64,000 bases of DNA from contig OX597817.1 in the NCBI GenBank assembly GCA_951406725.2, positions 161,448,001 through 161,512,000 on the forward strand, written 5' to 3'. The number at the start of each line of letters is the position of its first letter. The stretch's first letter is position 1. This stretch comes from Octopus vulgaris. Lineage: Eukaryota. A program made the translations under genes and the position numbers. The notes under the pieces were generated by a model. It searched no databases. It was given only the letters and a program-made list of their open reading frames with translations, and was not told the DNA's origin. This document shows, piece by piece, positions 27,612 through 40,689 of the stretch.

Positions 27612-29913
27612 TATTCATTATACAAACACACACACACACACACAGATTAAGGTAGCAAATCTGCAGAGTCATTACCATGTGTCAAATAAAAATGCCACAT
27701 GATAGTGTTCTGACAATATCTCTGCATTCTGAGATCAAATTCCACCAAAGAATAAGTCCCGGGGTCGAGTTGCTCGACTAAAGGCGGTGCTCCAGCATGG
27801 CTGCAGTCAACTGACTGAAACAAGTAAAAGAGTAACCACACCTGTCCAATTAATATGAAACATTGTAAAACAATGCAATAGATTTTTTTATTTATTTATT
27901 TTTCTGCAAAGCCACAACAATACTGGTTTGTATGCGGAGTGTAGGCAGTTGTAAAACCAGTGGTTCGTATGTACATAGGTGTGTTTTGTTGATCTTGCAG
28001 CCATTGTCTTGAAAATGAATTTCTGATTCAAAAAAAAAAAATCAATAGACAAAGTAAACAAAATATATTATATAATATAATATAACATTATTTGTATGCA
28101 TGGGAGCTGTTAGTTTTGCTTGTTTACATATTGTTTCTATGGCTTGCATTGTTTGCAGCTCTTCAGAAATGCACATGTGTGTGTGTGTGTGTGTATATCT
28201 ATCTATCTATATATATATCTATCTATATATATATATATATATTGTCGGTAAATCATAAATGCACACACCTCAAAACCTGTTGGCCCAGTCATGTGCCAAC
28301 AGGTTTTGGGGTCTGATTATACGCTGTAAAGCTGAGTGCTTTATGGACGTTAAACCCAGGGTAATCCAATACACTGACCTTATCTATCTTTATATTACAC
28401 ATTTATATATATAATAGGTAAGAATGCATTAAAAAATGGCATATGATAGATACAGGCAATTAATACTACAAATGAACTAGGTACCTAAAATTCGATATTT
28501 AATGAAGGAAGATGGAATCCCGGCAAACAGGACTTGGTTATAGGCAAAGTACCAGTCAAGCTAATGAAAGTACAATAAACTGTGTATATTTATATATATG
28601 GTGGACTCTCCCTTTGAAGACAATGTATGAGGATTCAGCTTTGGCCAAAGGGCCTGTACAAATGATTTGTTTATAGTGATCAAAGGTTCATGCTGCACAT
28701 TAACTCACTCTCTTCATCAGATCGACATCTGAACAGGTGCATGGTGTACCATGCATCAGGTGTTGAAGTGATCGCGGAGCAATGTGAAGTGAAGTGTTTT
28801 GCTCAAGAGCACAATGCACCACCCAGTCTAGGAATTGAACTCATGATCGCTAGATCATGAGTGCAACACCCTGACCAGTAGATCATATATTCACAGACAA
28901 TAGATGAGAGCTAGATGTGGTCAAATGAATTTGAGCTCTTCATCCAGGAGTAGGTCCACAGAGTCGAGAGTGACCACAAGAGAAATGCAGGTCAGTTGAT
29001 ATGGTGGTAGTGATGCAGATACAATTAAACAGTACAATTAAACCTCACACACACACATATGTATGTATCTAATCTGGTGGTGGTCTGCCATTGGGTAGGC
29101 TCTGTGCATGTAATGCTTCACCACTCTCTACATGACCCAGGAGAGCTCGTACTCTCCCCTACCGCTTAAGTAGATTATTGGAACTTTGGCCATCCATGAC
29201 TAGACTTGGAATGAACACTGGAGTAGTTTCTCATTGCCTTCTCCAAGCAGATGGGATTTGAACTCAGACTGTGGGGAGAGCCAGAAGATATACTATAAAG
29301 CATTTTTTCTTTTGCACCAATGATTCTGGCACTCTCCCAACCACTAGAGCAATGTAAAGTGAAGTGTCTTGCTCAAAACCACAACACGCCACCTGGTTGT
29401 GAGTGCAACACTCTAACCACTAGGTCACGTGTCTTCACACACATATCAAAAGTCCTTCCTGAGCCAATTTCTGGAGTCTGTGGTGTATACATGCTCCCAC
29501 TGGATGGAACATTTATCCATTGCAGAATTAGTCATTTTTGCCATGTGAGTGGACTAGAGCCAAATGAAACAAAGTGCTTTGCTCACGAACACAAAACACC
29601 ACCCAGTTCAGGAACTGAAACCACAATTTCACGATCCTGTGTGCAACACCCTAGCTACTAAACCATGCACCTCCAAACACACACACACACGCATACACAT
29701 CTGTGTATGTTTGAATAACCTATGTTTCCATGAATAAGAACATCCTATAAGCACATACATGAATGTGTGTGTTTGATAAACTAGAATCAGCAGTTATGTT
29801 TCTTACTCTGGGACATAGTACAATGAGAGATTTGGAATCTTGATTATTTGGTCAGTAGTCCAGAACCATAATAATAATAATAATAATAATAATGGTGGTG
29901 GTGATGATAGTTT

Positions 29914-30004
29914 ACTTACATGGCTCAATTAGCAGAGCATCAGATTTTTATGTTCTCTAATGTTGTTTGATACTAGAGTATAGGCTCAAGTCCCTCTACA
30001 AGCA
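29914..30004 (+). pseudogene. Second, more degenerate tRNA-Lys-like copy
   Basis: Paralogue of 26727-26817 inside a local duplication. Confidence 0.5.
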
Positions 30005-31029
30005 GAGTACTTTTTGTCAAAGTACACCTGAGCACTGTATATAATAAGCTTGTTATTATTAAGGTGGTGAGCTGGCAGAATTGTTAGCTTAGTGGCATTT
30101 TGTCCACCTTGATGTTCTGAGTTAAGATTCCACTCAAGTCAGCTTTGCTTTTCACTTTTTCAGGGTTGATAAATTAAGTACCAGTGAAACACTGGGGTCG
30201 ATGTAATTGACTTCTCCCCTCTCCCAAAATTGCAGGGCTTGTAGCTTTAGTAGAAAGGATTATTATTATTATTTTAAGATTAAAAGTAACTGCTGAGACA
30301 TTAATGATTGTCATGGTAGGAGATCTCTGGAAGTTGAGGAACTATTACCATACAAGGAGATATATATGAGTATGTGTGCATATATATATAGAGAGAGAGG
30401 GGGGAGAGGCGGGATACGTGTAGGGATAAAGTAGTGACTGTGTCCCTTTCTTTTCCCAGTTACAACTGGGGGATTGGGGGTATTTAAACATACACTAATA
30501 CATAAGATTTCATGAGTCAGCTAGGGAACCTCCACATAGTCAATATACTGCCTAGAAATAGCAACCAAATTTCTCTTAAATCACATCATGTCTTAAAAGA
30601 AGAAAGAAATTATTGGATAATGTAATTTTATATAATATTCAGTATGAAAATGAGTGGAAATGATCATAGCTGGACTATTTTTGATCATAGTAAATTTTTA
30701 GCCAGTACTTTACCAAGGGCTAAACAGCAATGCACAATCTCAAACATTGTACACTGTTCTGACCCACACACACATTACTGAATACAGAACACATTCTATA
30801 TATGACACAGCCACATATGCACATACACACACATAGACACACCACTTCACATACCTCAGGGACATAGATTTGAGATCGGCACATGCTGCCGGAAGAAAAA
30901 ACAATTAAAGGTGGTGGTGGTGGTGGCAATTCTGCTGCTAGTTCTTAAAGCTTATCACATAGTTAAAAACAAATTCCTACATCATCATCATCAGTCTGAT
31001 GCTCTACAAACTGAGCTAGGCTTTATTAA

Positions 31030-31223
31030 CCCTTTCGTTATCGTATTTATTTTGAGATGCTCAGTGTTTCTCTCAATAAAATAACTTAGTTATCATTAAG
31101 CAAGAGTTAGGAACATAAATTGTGACAAAGGATTGGTGGAAGGTTTTAATTCAAAAGTTATGAAAACAAGATATTTGTACTACAGAGCCAGCACCGGTTT
31201 CAGCCGGGTTGATAATGAAAGGG
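31030..31223. mobile_element. piggyBac-type TTAA MITE family 1
   Basis: TTAA-CCCTTTCGTTA...GAAAGGG-TTAA. Confidence 0.85.
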
Positions 31224-32529
31224 TTAAAGGCAGAAGCTCTAACTGAAATATCTTACAGATCATACTTCAACATTTCTCACAATTGATTACTTTCCCAATC
31301 TCCTAAAATTTGTGGGCTTATGTCTATATATTATGTAAATAATTAATTAGTAAAATAACTATCTATCTACCAGTATTTAATACTACCTCAACTGGGTAAA
31401 CTGAATTAATCAGTTGTATTAATATTGTCATTGATGACGAGCGGGGAAAGCTGGTGGAGTTGTTAATGCTTAATGTTTTTTTTCTTCTGGCACTTTACAT
31501 TTCGAGTTCAAATCCTGCTGAGGTCAACTTTGCCTTTCATCCTTTCAGGGTCATTAGAATAAAGTACAGGAGAGTAGGGGTTGATGTAATCAACTTGCCT
31601 CTTTCCCATCAAAATTGCTGGCTTTGTGCCAAAATTAGAAAGAATTGTTATCATTATTATTATTATTATTATTATGGTGGTGAGCTGGCAGGATTGTTTA
31701 ACACGGACAATATTCTTAGCAGCATTTTTTTCCAGCTCTTTATGTCCTGAGTTCAAATACCTGTGAAGTCAGCTTTGCCTTTCATCCTTTCAGGGTTGAT
31801 AAGTACCAGTTGTGCACTGAGGCCAATGTAATTAACTCAACCCTCCCCTCAAAATTACTGGCCTTGTGCAAAACTTTGAAACCGTTTTATTATTTGTTAT
31901 TTTTATTATTGTTGGTGATATAATCGACTGGTCTGCCCCCTCCCCTGCTCCTAAAATTGCTGGCCTTGTGCCGAAATCATGAAGAATTATTACTGATGAT
32001 GGTGTTGCTGATAATGGTGGTGATGGTGGTAGTGGTGAAAAGGGGACAAGCTGGAACAAAAAAAAATGTAATTCAGAAATTTAAACAAAGGACATTTTTA
32101 AACAGTAATTAAGGAACATTTCCGCTGTCTTCTGGACACTTTACCGGTTATGTTCGAGAACGTGCCATATTTGATGGCATAAAAGACACATCTCAGTTTC
32201 TGGAGAGCATATTCAGAGAAGTAAGAATCAGAAACACAATTACTTTATGGAAAGCCCAAATTTGCATTTAGGACCTGGGATGGTTGTTTCAAAACCTTTT
32301 ATTATTATTATTATTATTGTTTGTTTTTTTTCTGAAATATGTCATCAAATATGGTACATTTTTCTTTTCCCTTTGACCTCTACCTTATGTGTAGGGGCCA
32401 TCTGGGATGTTCTCTAGATACCTGCCTGCCTATTGTATTCTAACTTCTCTTACTGTTCTATCTGTAATTGTCTTAGCAACAAAAAGCATACTTTTTAAAG
32501 GAGACTTTGCTGTTAACCGTTTACAGTTG

Positions 32530-32565
<36 letters not shown>

Positions 32566-33133
32566 AATAATAATAATAAGGCACTGAGCTGTCAGATTCA
32601 TTAGCACTTCGATCAAATGCTTAGCAGCATTCCGTCTGTCTTTATGTTTTGAGTTCAAATGCTGCCAAGATAGAGTTTGCCTTTCATCCTTTCAGGGTCA
32701 ATAAAATAAGTACCAGTTGAGAACTGGGGTTATCGACTTACCCACTCCCCACCCAAAATTCAGGCCTTGTTCCTGTAGTAGAAATTATTATTATTATTAT
32801 TATTTGACAAGATCAACTTTGTTTTTTTTTCATCCTTCTGGGTGGGGCTCAATCAGTCATATAATGGGGTGGGTAGTGTGATAAACTAATATAACTAATG
32901 GTTATAATTATTATTATTATCATGGTAAGCTGGCAGAATCGTTAACACGCCAGGTGAAATGCTTAGTGGTATTACATCTGTCTTCGCATTCTGAGTTCAA
33001 ATTCTGCTGAGGTCGACTTTGCCTTTCATCCTTTCAGGGTCGATAAAATAAGTACCAGCTGAGTACTAGGGGTTGATGTAATTGACTAGTCCCCTCCCTA
33101 CAAATTTCAGGCCTTGTGCCTATAGTAGAAAGG

Positions 33134-33180
<47 letters not shown>

Positions 33181-33716
33181 GGTGGCGAGCTGGCAGAATC
33201 GTTAGCAGGCCGGGCGAAATGCTTAGTGGTATTTCGTCTACCGCTATGTTCTGAGTTCAAATTCTGCCGAGGTTGATTTTGCCTTTCATCCTTTCGGGGT
33301 TGATAGATTAAGTACCAGTTATGCACTGGGATCGATATAATCGGCTTAATCCGTTTGTCTGTCCTTGTTTGTCCTCTGTGTGTTTAGCCCCTTGTGGGTA
33401 GTAAAGAAATAGGCATTTCATCCATCCTTACGTTCTGAGTTCAAATTCTGCCAACATTGACTTTACCTTTCATCCTTTTGGGGTCAATAAAATAAGAACC
33501 AATCAAGTACTGGGGTCGATGTGATTGACTTACCCCTCCCCCAAATTTTGGGCCTTGTGCCTATAGTAGAAAGAATTATTATTATTGTTGTCATTGTTGT
33601 TTAATTACTAAATTAATATTCTAAACTGACATCCTCTGATATAAGTAACAATGTCTCCTTATTAAACATTTCACTGTTTTTGTTTTTTATTGCTTTTTTT
33701 TTTTTTGCTCTCTTCA

Positions 33717-33756
<40 letters not shown>

Positions 33757-34629
33757 ATATGTTCCAGCTGGGCCACCTTATTTCAGATCGAAAGTACTTG
33801 TAAATCTTCTTGCAGCCTGTTCAATGTAATAAAATAAATAAATTAATAATAAATATTTAAAAAAAATCAAAACAAAAAACAAAAAACAAAAAGAAAAATA
33901 ATAAAAAAAGAACCCCCCAGCCAAAGCAGCCAAGCTCCCCAATCCCTTCTTATAATCTTGTGCAATATATCAAACTCTACTGTGCCAATGTGGGTCACAT
34001 TGATGTATTAGGGACCAATACACTCACCAATAGCACGTTCTACCAATTGGGTAGCCACCTAATTAATAATACTAATTGCCCTCTCATAAATGAAATGGTG
34101 ATAAAACAATCAAAGTTAACACCTGCTTCTTGTTTTGCTTTATTCTTTTTGTTGTTGTTATTATCATTATTATTATTATTATTATTACTGTTGTTGTTGT
34201 TGTTATTAAGGTGGCAAGCTGGCAGAATTGTTAGCACGCCAGGCGAAATGCTTAGCAGTATTTTCTCTGTCTTTACGTTCTGAGTTCAAATTCCACTGAG
34301 GTCGACTTTGCCTTTCTTCCTTTCAGGGTCAATAAATTAAGTACCAGTGAAACGTTGGGGGGGTCAATTGGTAATTGACTAGTCCCCTCCCACAAAATTT
34401 CAGGCCTTGTGCCTATAGTAGAAAGGATTATTATTATTAGTATTGTTGTTGTTGTTATTAAGGCAGCAAGCTAGCAGAATTGTTAGCATTTCATCTGTCT
34501 TTGTGTTCTGAGTTCAAATTCTGTCAAAGTTGAGTTTTTTTTTTCACCCTTTTGGGGACGATATAATTAACTAGTCCCCCTACCACCAAATTTCAGGCTT
34601 TGTACCTATAGTAGAAAGGATTATTGTTA

Positions 34630-35007
34630 TCTATATACATATAAAGCTGAAGTTGTGTCTGTAGCAGGTTTGGTAGCCTTCAACTAACACTATCTCCTCC
34701 GAGACCCTGCGATGCAAGTTGACCAAAATTGAGAGTATGATAGAAGGCTTGCTCTTCCTTTCATAGAAGAAAAAATTCAAATCAGACCATGTTATGACCA
34801 AAAATTATTTACATCAAAAAGGTGCTTTTTTTCTATGACAATCCTGATTTTTTTTACTGCTGTGTCGCCATTTTTCAGTGTGTTTCAACCAGAAAAATGT
34901 TCACTTAAAGAGAATAACAAGCTACATAATGCAAAATTTTTACTTTTCAAAAATTCCAATTCTAAAGGGTCGAAACAAACCTGAGCAATGCCGGGCGATA
35001 CTGCTAG
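34630..35007 (+). mobile_element. Non-autonomous Helitron-like element
   Basis: A|TCTATATACATATAAAG at the 5' end. 3' end has the imperfect GC hairpin cctgagcaatgccggg, then CTAG|T. Inserted between A and T with no TSD. Confidence 0.7.
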
Positions 35008-36444
35008 TAATAATAATAATCATTATTATTATTATTATCATTATTCTTATTCAAGCTGGCAGACAGTTCAAATTCTGGTGATGTTGTTGCCTTTCATGCT
35101 TTCAGGTTTGATAAAAACAGTAGCAGCTGAAAACTGGGGTCAATGTAATCAACTTGTCCCCTCTCCTGAAACTGCTGGCCTTGTGCAAAATTTGTAACTA
35201 TTATTATTATTTTTAAGACAGAAATGTTAGCACGCCAGGCGAAATGCTTAGCGTTAGTATTTCGTCTGCCACTACGTTCTGAGTTCAAATTCCGCCAAAG
35301 TCAACGTTGCCTTTCATCCTTTTGGGGTCGATTAAATAAGTACCAATTACGCACTAGGGTCAATATAATCTGCTTAATCCCTTTGTCTGTCTTTGTTTGT
35401 CCCCTCTGTGTTTAGCCCCTTGTGGGTAGTAAAGAAATAGATATTTCATCTGTCTTTACGTTCTGAGTTCAAATTCCACCGAGGTCGATGTTGCTTTTCA
35501 TCCTTTCGGGGTCGATAAATTAAGTATCAATTGCGTACTGGGTCAATCTAACCGACTGGCCCCCTCCACCAAAATTTCAGGCCTTGTGCCTAGAGTAGAA
35601 AAGAATCATTAGCACAGTTGCTTAGTGGCATTTAGTCCCTATTTACATTCTAACTTCAAATTCCACAAAGGTCAACTTTGCCTTTCATCCTTTTGGGGTC
35701 AATAAGTTAAGTACCACTGAAACACTGGGGTTGATGTAACCGACTAGTCCCCTCCTACCAAATTTCAGGTCTTGTACTTTTAGGAGAAAGGATTATTACA
35801 ATATAGTTTAAATGAGTTCTGTTTTTTCATTATGTCTTAATAATGACATTCTGAATTCAACTTCTTTGCCTTGCTCTCATTCCTCCAACAGAGAAGGGCA
35901 ATAAAATAAAAGTATCAATCAAATACAAGAGTCACTGAAATCTAGTCATTCCTTCTCCCAAAATTCCAGGTATTGTACTTAAATTAAAAACTACTACTAC
36001 TACTACTACTACTAAGGTAGTGAACTGAAAGATTTATTAGCATGTTGAACAAAATCCTTAGTGAAATTTCTTTCAACTCGATATGTTCTGAATTCAATAA
36101 GTACCAATCAAGTACTGGAGTTGATGTAACTGACCTGCCCCTCCCCTCAAAATTTTGCCCAAATTAGAAAGAATTAAAAGCAGTGAGCTGTCAAAATTAT
36201 TAGTATGTTGGACAAAATGCTCAAGAACATTTCTTTTGCTCTTATTTACCAGCGGTTTTTATGTCCTGAGTTCAAATTATGGCATGGTTGACTTTGCCTT
36301 TCCTCCTTTGGGGTTGTGGTGCAGGGTCAATGATATGAAATACAAGTCATGTACTAGAGTCGATGTAATCGACTTACTCCCTCTTATATACTTGCTGGTG
36401 TTGTACTAAAATTTGAAACTAGCAATTGGAATGGAGCTTGTGAA

Positions 36445-36965
36445 TACTTGCTAGAGATAACAGTGTTAGACTTGCTAGAGATATGATCAAACACAATGCC
36501 AGAGTGTTGCTTGAGATATGATAGATCAGTTTCACTGCACTGTTACTAGCGATCTGATCAAAGATAATGCTGGACTGTTGCTAGAGATCTGATCAAACAC
36601 AGTTTGACTGTTACTAGAGATATGATCAAACACAGTGCTGGACTGTTGTTAGAGATATGATCAAGCAGTTTCACTGTTGCTAGAGATGTGATCAAATACA
36701 GTACCAGAATTGCTAGAGATATGATCAAACAGTTTCATTATTACTTGAGATATGATCAAACACAATACTGGACTGTTGCTAGAGATATGATCAAACACAG
36801 TTTGACTAATACTAGAGATATGATCAAACACAGTGCCAGACTGTTGCTAGCAATATGATCACAATGCTGGTCCTGTTGATAGAGATATGATCAAACACAG
36901 TGCTGGACTGTAGCTATAGATATACTCAAACACAGTTTCACTGTTACTAGAGATAGGATCAAAAC
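36445..36965. repeat. Minisatellite, ~14 units of ~32-40 bp
   Basis: Core ctagagatatgatcaaaca with related linkers (cagtgctggactgttg, cagtttgactgtta, gtttcactgttg). Confidence 0.9.
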
Positions 36966-37129
36966 ACCATTTTCCTAGCAAATTAGCATCCTGTTTGTTT
37001 CCCTGCTTGCCAGGAGTTCAGTGTTTGCTAAAATAACTTTAAAGCTCTTTGGTTCCTGGTTTTGCATCCACACTGGAATTTCTTTTCTAATTCTACTACA
37101 GATTCAGCTTGAAAAGCAAGTCATCAGCA

Positions 37130-37500
37130 TAGAGGAGTTCCCATAGGCAACCAGTCTTAGCTTCTTCAGTTATGTTCTGGAGAACAATAACAAGAAGGGA
37201 CTGAGAAGAGAGGCCTCATGAACTCCTACTTGTACACTAAATTCATTGCTGTTTCTCACCTTAGTGACAATACCTCTGTACATGGCTTGGCTAGCTCTCA
37301 TTAGCCATTCATCTATTCTTAGTTTTTGCAGCAATCATCTGATCAGGGAGCGAGAGACCCAGTTGGAGGCTTTCTACAAGTCAAATGAAAGCCATGTGTA
37401 GCAGTTTGCTGTTGGTTAAATACTTCTCTTGTATTTGAATCACTAGGAAGAGAGTATCACAAGTACTTCTTCCTGGCACAAAACCAAACAGTATCTCATC
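37130..37500 (-). mobile_element. Degenerate RTE-type LINE reverse-transcriptase fragment
   Basis: Minus strand reads GFVPGRSTCDTLFLVIQIQEKYL...HMAF.DL.KA...KLRIDEWLMRA..AMY, with stops and frameshifts. Confidence 0.75.
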
Positions 37501-37544
37501 CAGTGTAACTCTCTTCTTAATTTTATTTTTTATTTATGCACCCT

Positions 37545-37848
37545 TTTCAAGCCTAGCCAGGCTCATGAGCCCGGTTTCCCAGTTTCTATGGCATATGTCC
37601 CCCACCCCCAGCTGGACAGGACGCCAGTCCATCGCAGCGTTACTCAAGAAACAGGAAGAAAGAGTGAGAGAAAGTTGGGGCGAAAGAGTACAACAGGGGT
37701 CGCCACCACCCCCTGCTGGAGCCTCGTGGAGTTTTTAGGTGTTTTTGCTCAATAAACACACACAACGCCAGGCCCAGTCTGGAAATCGAAACTGCGATCC
37801 TCCGACCGCAAGTTCGCTGCCTTAACCACTGAGCCATTGCGCCTCCAC
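37545..37848 (-). mobile_element. tRNA-derived SINE family D (relatives at ~22250-22483, 42460-42755, 12355-12668, 40697-41000, 28620-28895)
   Basis: Head GGAGGCGCAATGGCTCAGTGGTTAAGGCAGCG...GTTTCGATTTCC with ttgagcaaaa core. Confidence 0.75.
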
Positions 37849-38464
37849 TCTTCTTAATTAGTTGAGCTAAAATTCTGACTGTAACTTTCATAATTTGTAT
37901 ATTACTGTGACTATCTAGCAAGTAAATTTCACTAATTGGATTATGATGTTCATTATAGAAAATGAAAGAGCGCTGAATTCAAGAGTACAAAAACATGTTA
38001 ACAGGTTTTAACGCATGTTAAAACCTGTTAAAATTTAACAGGTTTTAACATCTGTCAATATGATTTGGCATTTTAAAAGTGTCAAACTGGCAGAATTGCT
38101 ACCAGGCTGGACAAGACGCTTAGCAGTAGTTTGTCCCTTCTTTTATTCTTTTACTTGTTTCAGTCATTTGACTGTGGCCATACTGGAACATCGCTTTTAG
38201 TTGAACAAATTGACCCCAGGACTTATTCTTTGTAAGCCTAGTACTTATTCTGTCAGAACCTTTTGCTGAACTGCAATGTAACAGGGATGCTAAGTTACTA
38301 ACATTGGTTGTCAAGCGATGGTAGTGGACAAACACAGACACACAAATACATATATATATATTTTTTTTAATATAATAAAGTATAAAATCATTTATGATTT
38401 TATCAGGAGGTCAGCACGAAAATAAAAACCTTATAGGTAAATTTTCCAAATATATTAATATTTA

Positions 38465-38861
38465 TAACAAGGGATTGGCAAAAACGTCTCACCATGCACT
38501 AAAAATAGACACCAAATGGCACTAAAATCACCTTCAAAACTCTAAAAACACAGATTGTAGTCGAGCAAAAGAAAGATAAATTAAACTTTTGGTTAATCAT
38601 GTATAAGATCTCATTTCAAGCTAAAGATAAAAATTATACCTACTGCTATCATCAACATTTATACAACACTGATGATAAGCAGTAGGTATATTTTTACCTT
38701 TAGCATGAAATGAGATTTATATGCAAATAACCAAAAATTTAACTTATTATCTTTCTTTAGCTTGACTACAATCTGTGTTTTTAGAGTTTTGAAGGTGGTC
38801 TTAGCACCATTTGATGTCTATTTTCAGAGTGTGGATAGGCATTTTTGCCAATCCCTTGTTA
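38465..38861. repeat. ~400-bp imperfect foldback with degenerate hammerhead cores at its centre (Penelope-like inverted terminus)
   Basis: Arms taacaagggattggcaaaaa... and ...tttttgccaatcccttgtta. CTGATGA at 38669, GAAATGAGATTTATA at 38707, with a mirror copy on the - strand. Confidence 0.75.
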
Positions 38862-39222
38862 AACGCCGCCGCCGTGGAGATCTCATTCTTGCTCACAACA
38901 TCATAAGCGGAAAGTGTAACCTCTCGAAAGAGCTGTTCTTCACTCCTGCTCCAGAGCGTCGACTGCGGGGTCATTCCGAAAAGCTCTATCTGCGACGATT
39001 TCATCTCAATCGAAGGAGAGGGGCCTTCTCCATCCAGGTTGCGGATCCGTGGAATAAGCTGCCAGACGAGATGGTGAAGATGCCGACGACTGCTCGGTTC
39101 AAAGTCTCCCTTGACCTCAAGTGGCCTGAACTCTTTACATGAACACCACCCTGTACATAACCCCATGTCCCCCTACATGGCCTTGCTTTTTGCTTTTTGA
39201 GCCAAAAAATTAACTAACTAAC
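38862..39222 (+). mobile_element. 5'-truncated CR1-type LINE 3' end
   Basis: RRRGDLI...RLRGHSEKL...FSIQVADPWNKLPDEMVK...FKVSLD is the CR1/L2-group ORF2 C-terminal motif; (AACT)n tail. Confidence 0.85.
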
Positions 39223-39616
39223 AATTATGTATATAACTATTAATATAATACATATATATATATGATGAGCTTCTTTCAGTTTCTGTCTACCAAAACCACT
39301 CACAAGACTTTGGTCGGCTCGAGGCTATAGTAGAAGACACTTGCTCAAAATACCACACAGTGGGACTGAAACCAGAACCATGATTTGTTCACGTTGTTTT
39401 AAATTAGTCATGTATTATCTCATAGCTACGAGATTTTGATTATGTGATTGTAAATTTTTAGAATGACATTGTCAGGGAGATGTTAGTGGCCAGACCACGA
39501 CAGTTTGAACATGAAAACAGGTAGCATAATAGGGCCGGATATGGTCAGTTTAAATGCTGAAGGGTTAAAAAAATCCTATTATATTTTATATAATTGAATA
39601 TTATTAGGAATAGTAT

Positions 39617-40006
39617 ACTCTTTACTCTTTTACTTGTTTCAGTCATTTGACTGCAGCCATGCTGGAGCACCGCCTTTTAGTCGAGCAAATCGACCCCGGG
39701 ACTTATTCTTTGTAAGCCCAGTACTTATTCTATCAGTCTCTTTTGCCGAACCGCTAAGTGACGGGGACGTAAACACACCAGCATCGGTTGTCAAGCAATG
39801 CTAGGGGGACAAACACAGACACACAAACACATACATATATACGACAGGCTTCTTTCAGTTTCCATCTACCAAATCCACTCACAAGGCATTGGTCGGCCCG
39901 GGGCTATAGCAGAAGACACTTGCCCAAGATGCCACGCAGTGGGACTGAACCCAGAACCATGTGGTTGTTCAGCAAGTTACTTACCACACAGCCACTCCTG
40001 CGCCTA
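39617..40006 (-). mobile_element. tRNA-derived SINE family B, full length
   Basis: Pol III A/B-box head (GGCTGTGTGGTAAG...GGTTCAGTCCC), CORE-like cttgggcaagtg, internal CA/TA repeat and (gtaaaaga)n tail. Confidence 0.85.
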
Positions 40007-40476
40007 TGAAAAAATTGTTGGAATATTTTGTGTATTGTAAAAGCATATAACCAATTTCATTGCACATAAATTTTAACAACAAAACCTTGTATGGATCCCC
40101 AAAGGTCATATGGACCCTGATTGAGAATCACAGCCTTATACCAACTCTCGGTGCAGCCAAATGTTTGATTGTCCCCTTTATGGATATTACACATTGCTGT
40201 CTCAAAATTCTAGGACTCATAGGCTGGTTACCTGCTTTCCATGGTGTGTAAAGGACCAAGAGCACAACATTTCTTCTGAATGGGATGCTGAACCATTACT
40301 AGCCACTGGGAGGCCATTTCTAATAGATTAATTTAATATGATGGGAGAGGAAGTTTACACAAAGAGAAAACAATCCATTCCATTAAGTGGAGACAAAAAT
40401 GTCCACTCTAATATCATAATCTCAACTGAAACGACATAGTCTATACTATGATAGTGTGATGTATTGAATGCATTAA

Positions 40477-40689
40477 CCCTTTCGTTACTGTATTTATTAT
40501 GAGATTCTCTGTGTTTCTTTCAATTACTTTAAATATAACAAAGAATTTAGTAAAAGAACTTAGTAATCATTCAGCTAGTGTTAGGAACATAAATTGCGAC
40601 TAAGGTTTGGTGGCATATTTTAATGAAAAACTTATGAAGACAAGACACTAATACTAGAGCTGGTTTTGGCCGGGTTGGTAACGAAAGGG
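40477..40689. mobile_element. piggyBac-type TTAA MITE family 1
   Basis: TTAA-CCCTTTCGTTAC...GTAACGAAAGGG-TTAA. Confidence 0.85.

Larger units (their letters stand above)
30062..36410 (+). mobile_element. Cluster of more than 12 co-oriented tRNA-derived SINE family A copies or fragments
   Basis: Repeated ggcgagctggcagaa..gttagca..ttctgagttcaaattc..ttgcctttcatccttt.ggggtcgataaa..aagtaccag units separated by (ATT)n tails. Confidence 0.85.

Noticed and set aside
36445-36965. CRISPR-like array (constant core with variable intervening sequence)
   Set aside because: The linkers are short and related to each other, there are no cas genes and the context is eukaryotic; it is a minisatellite.
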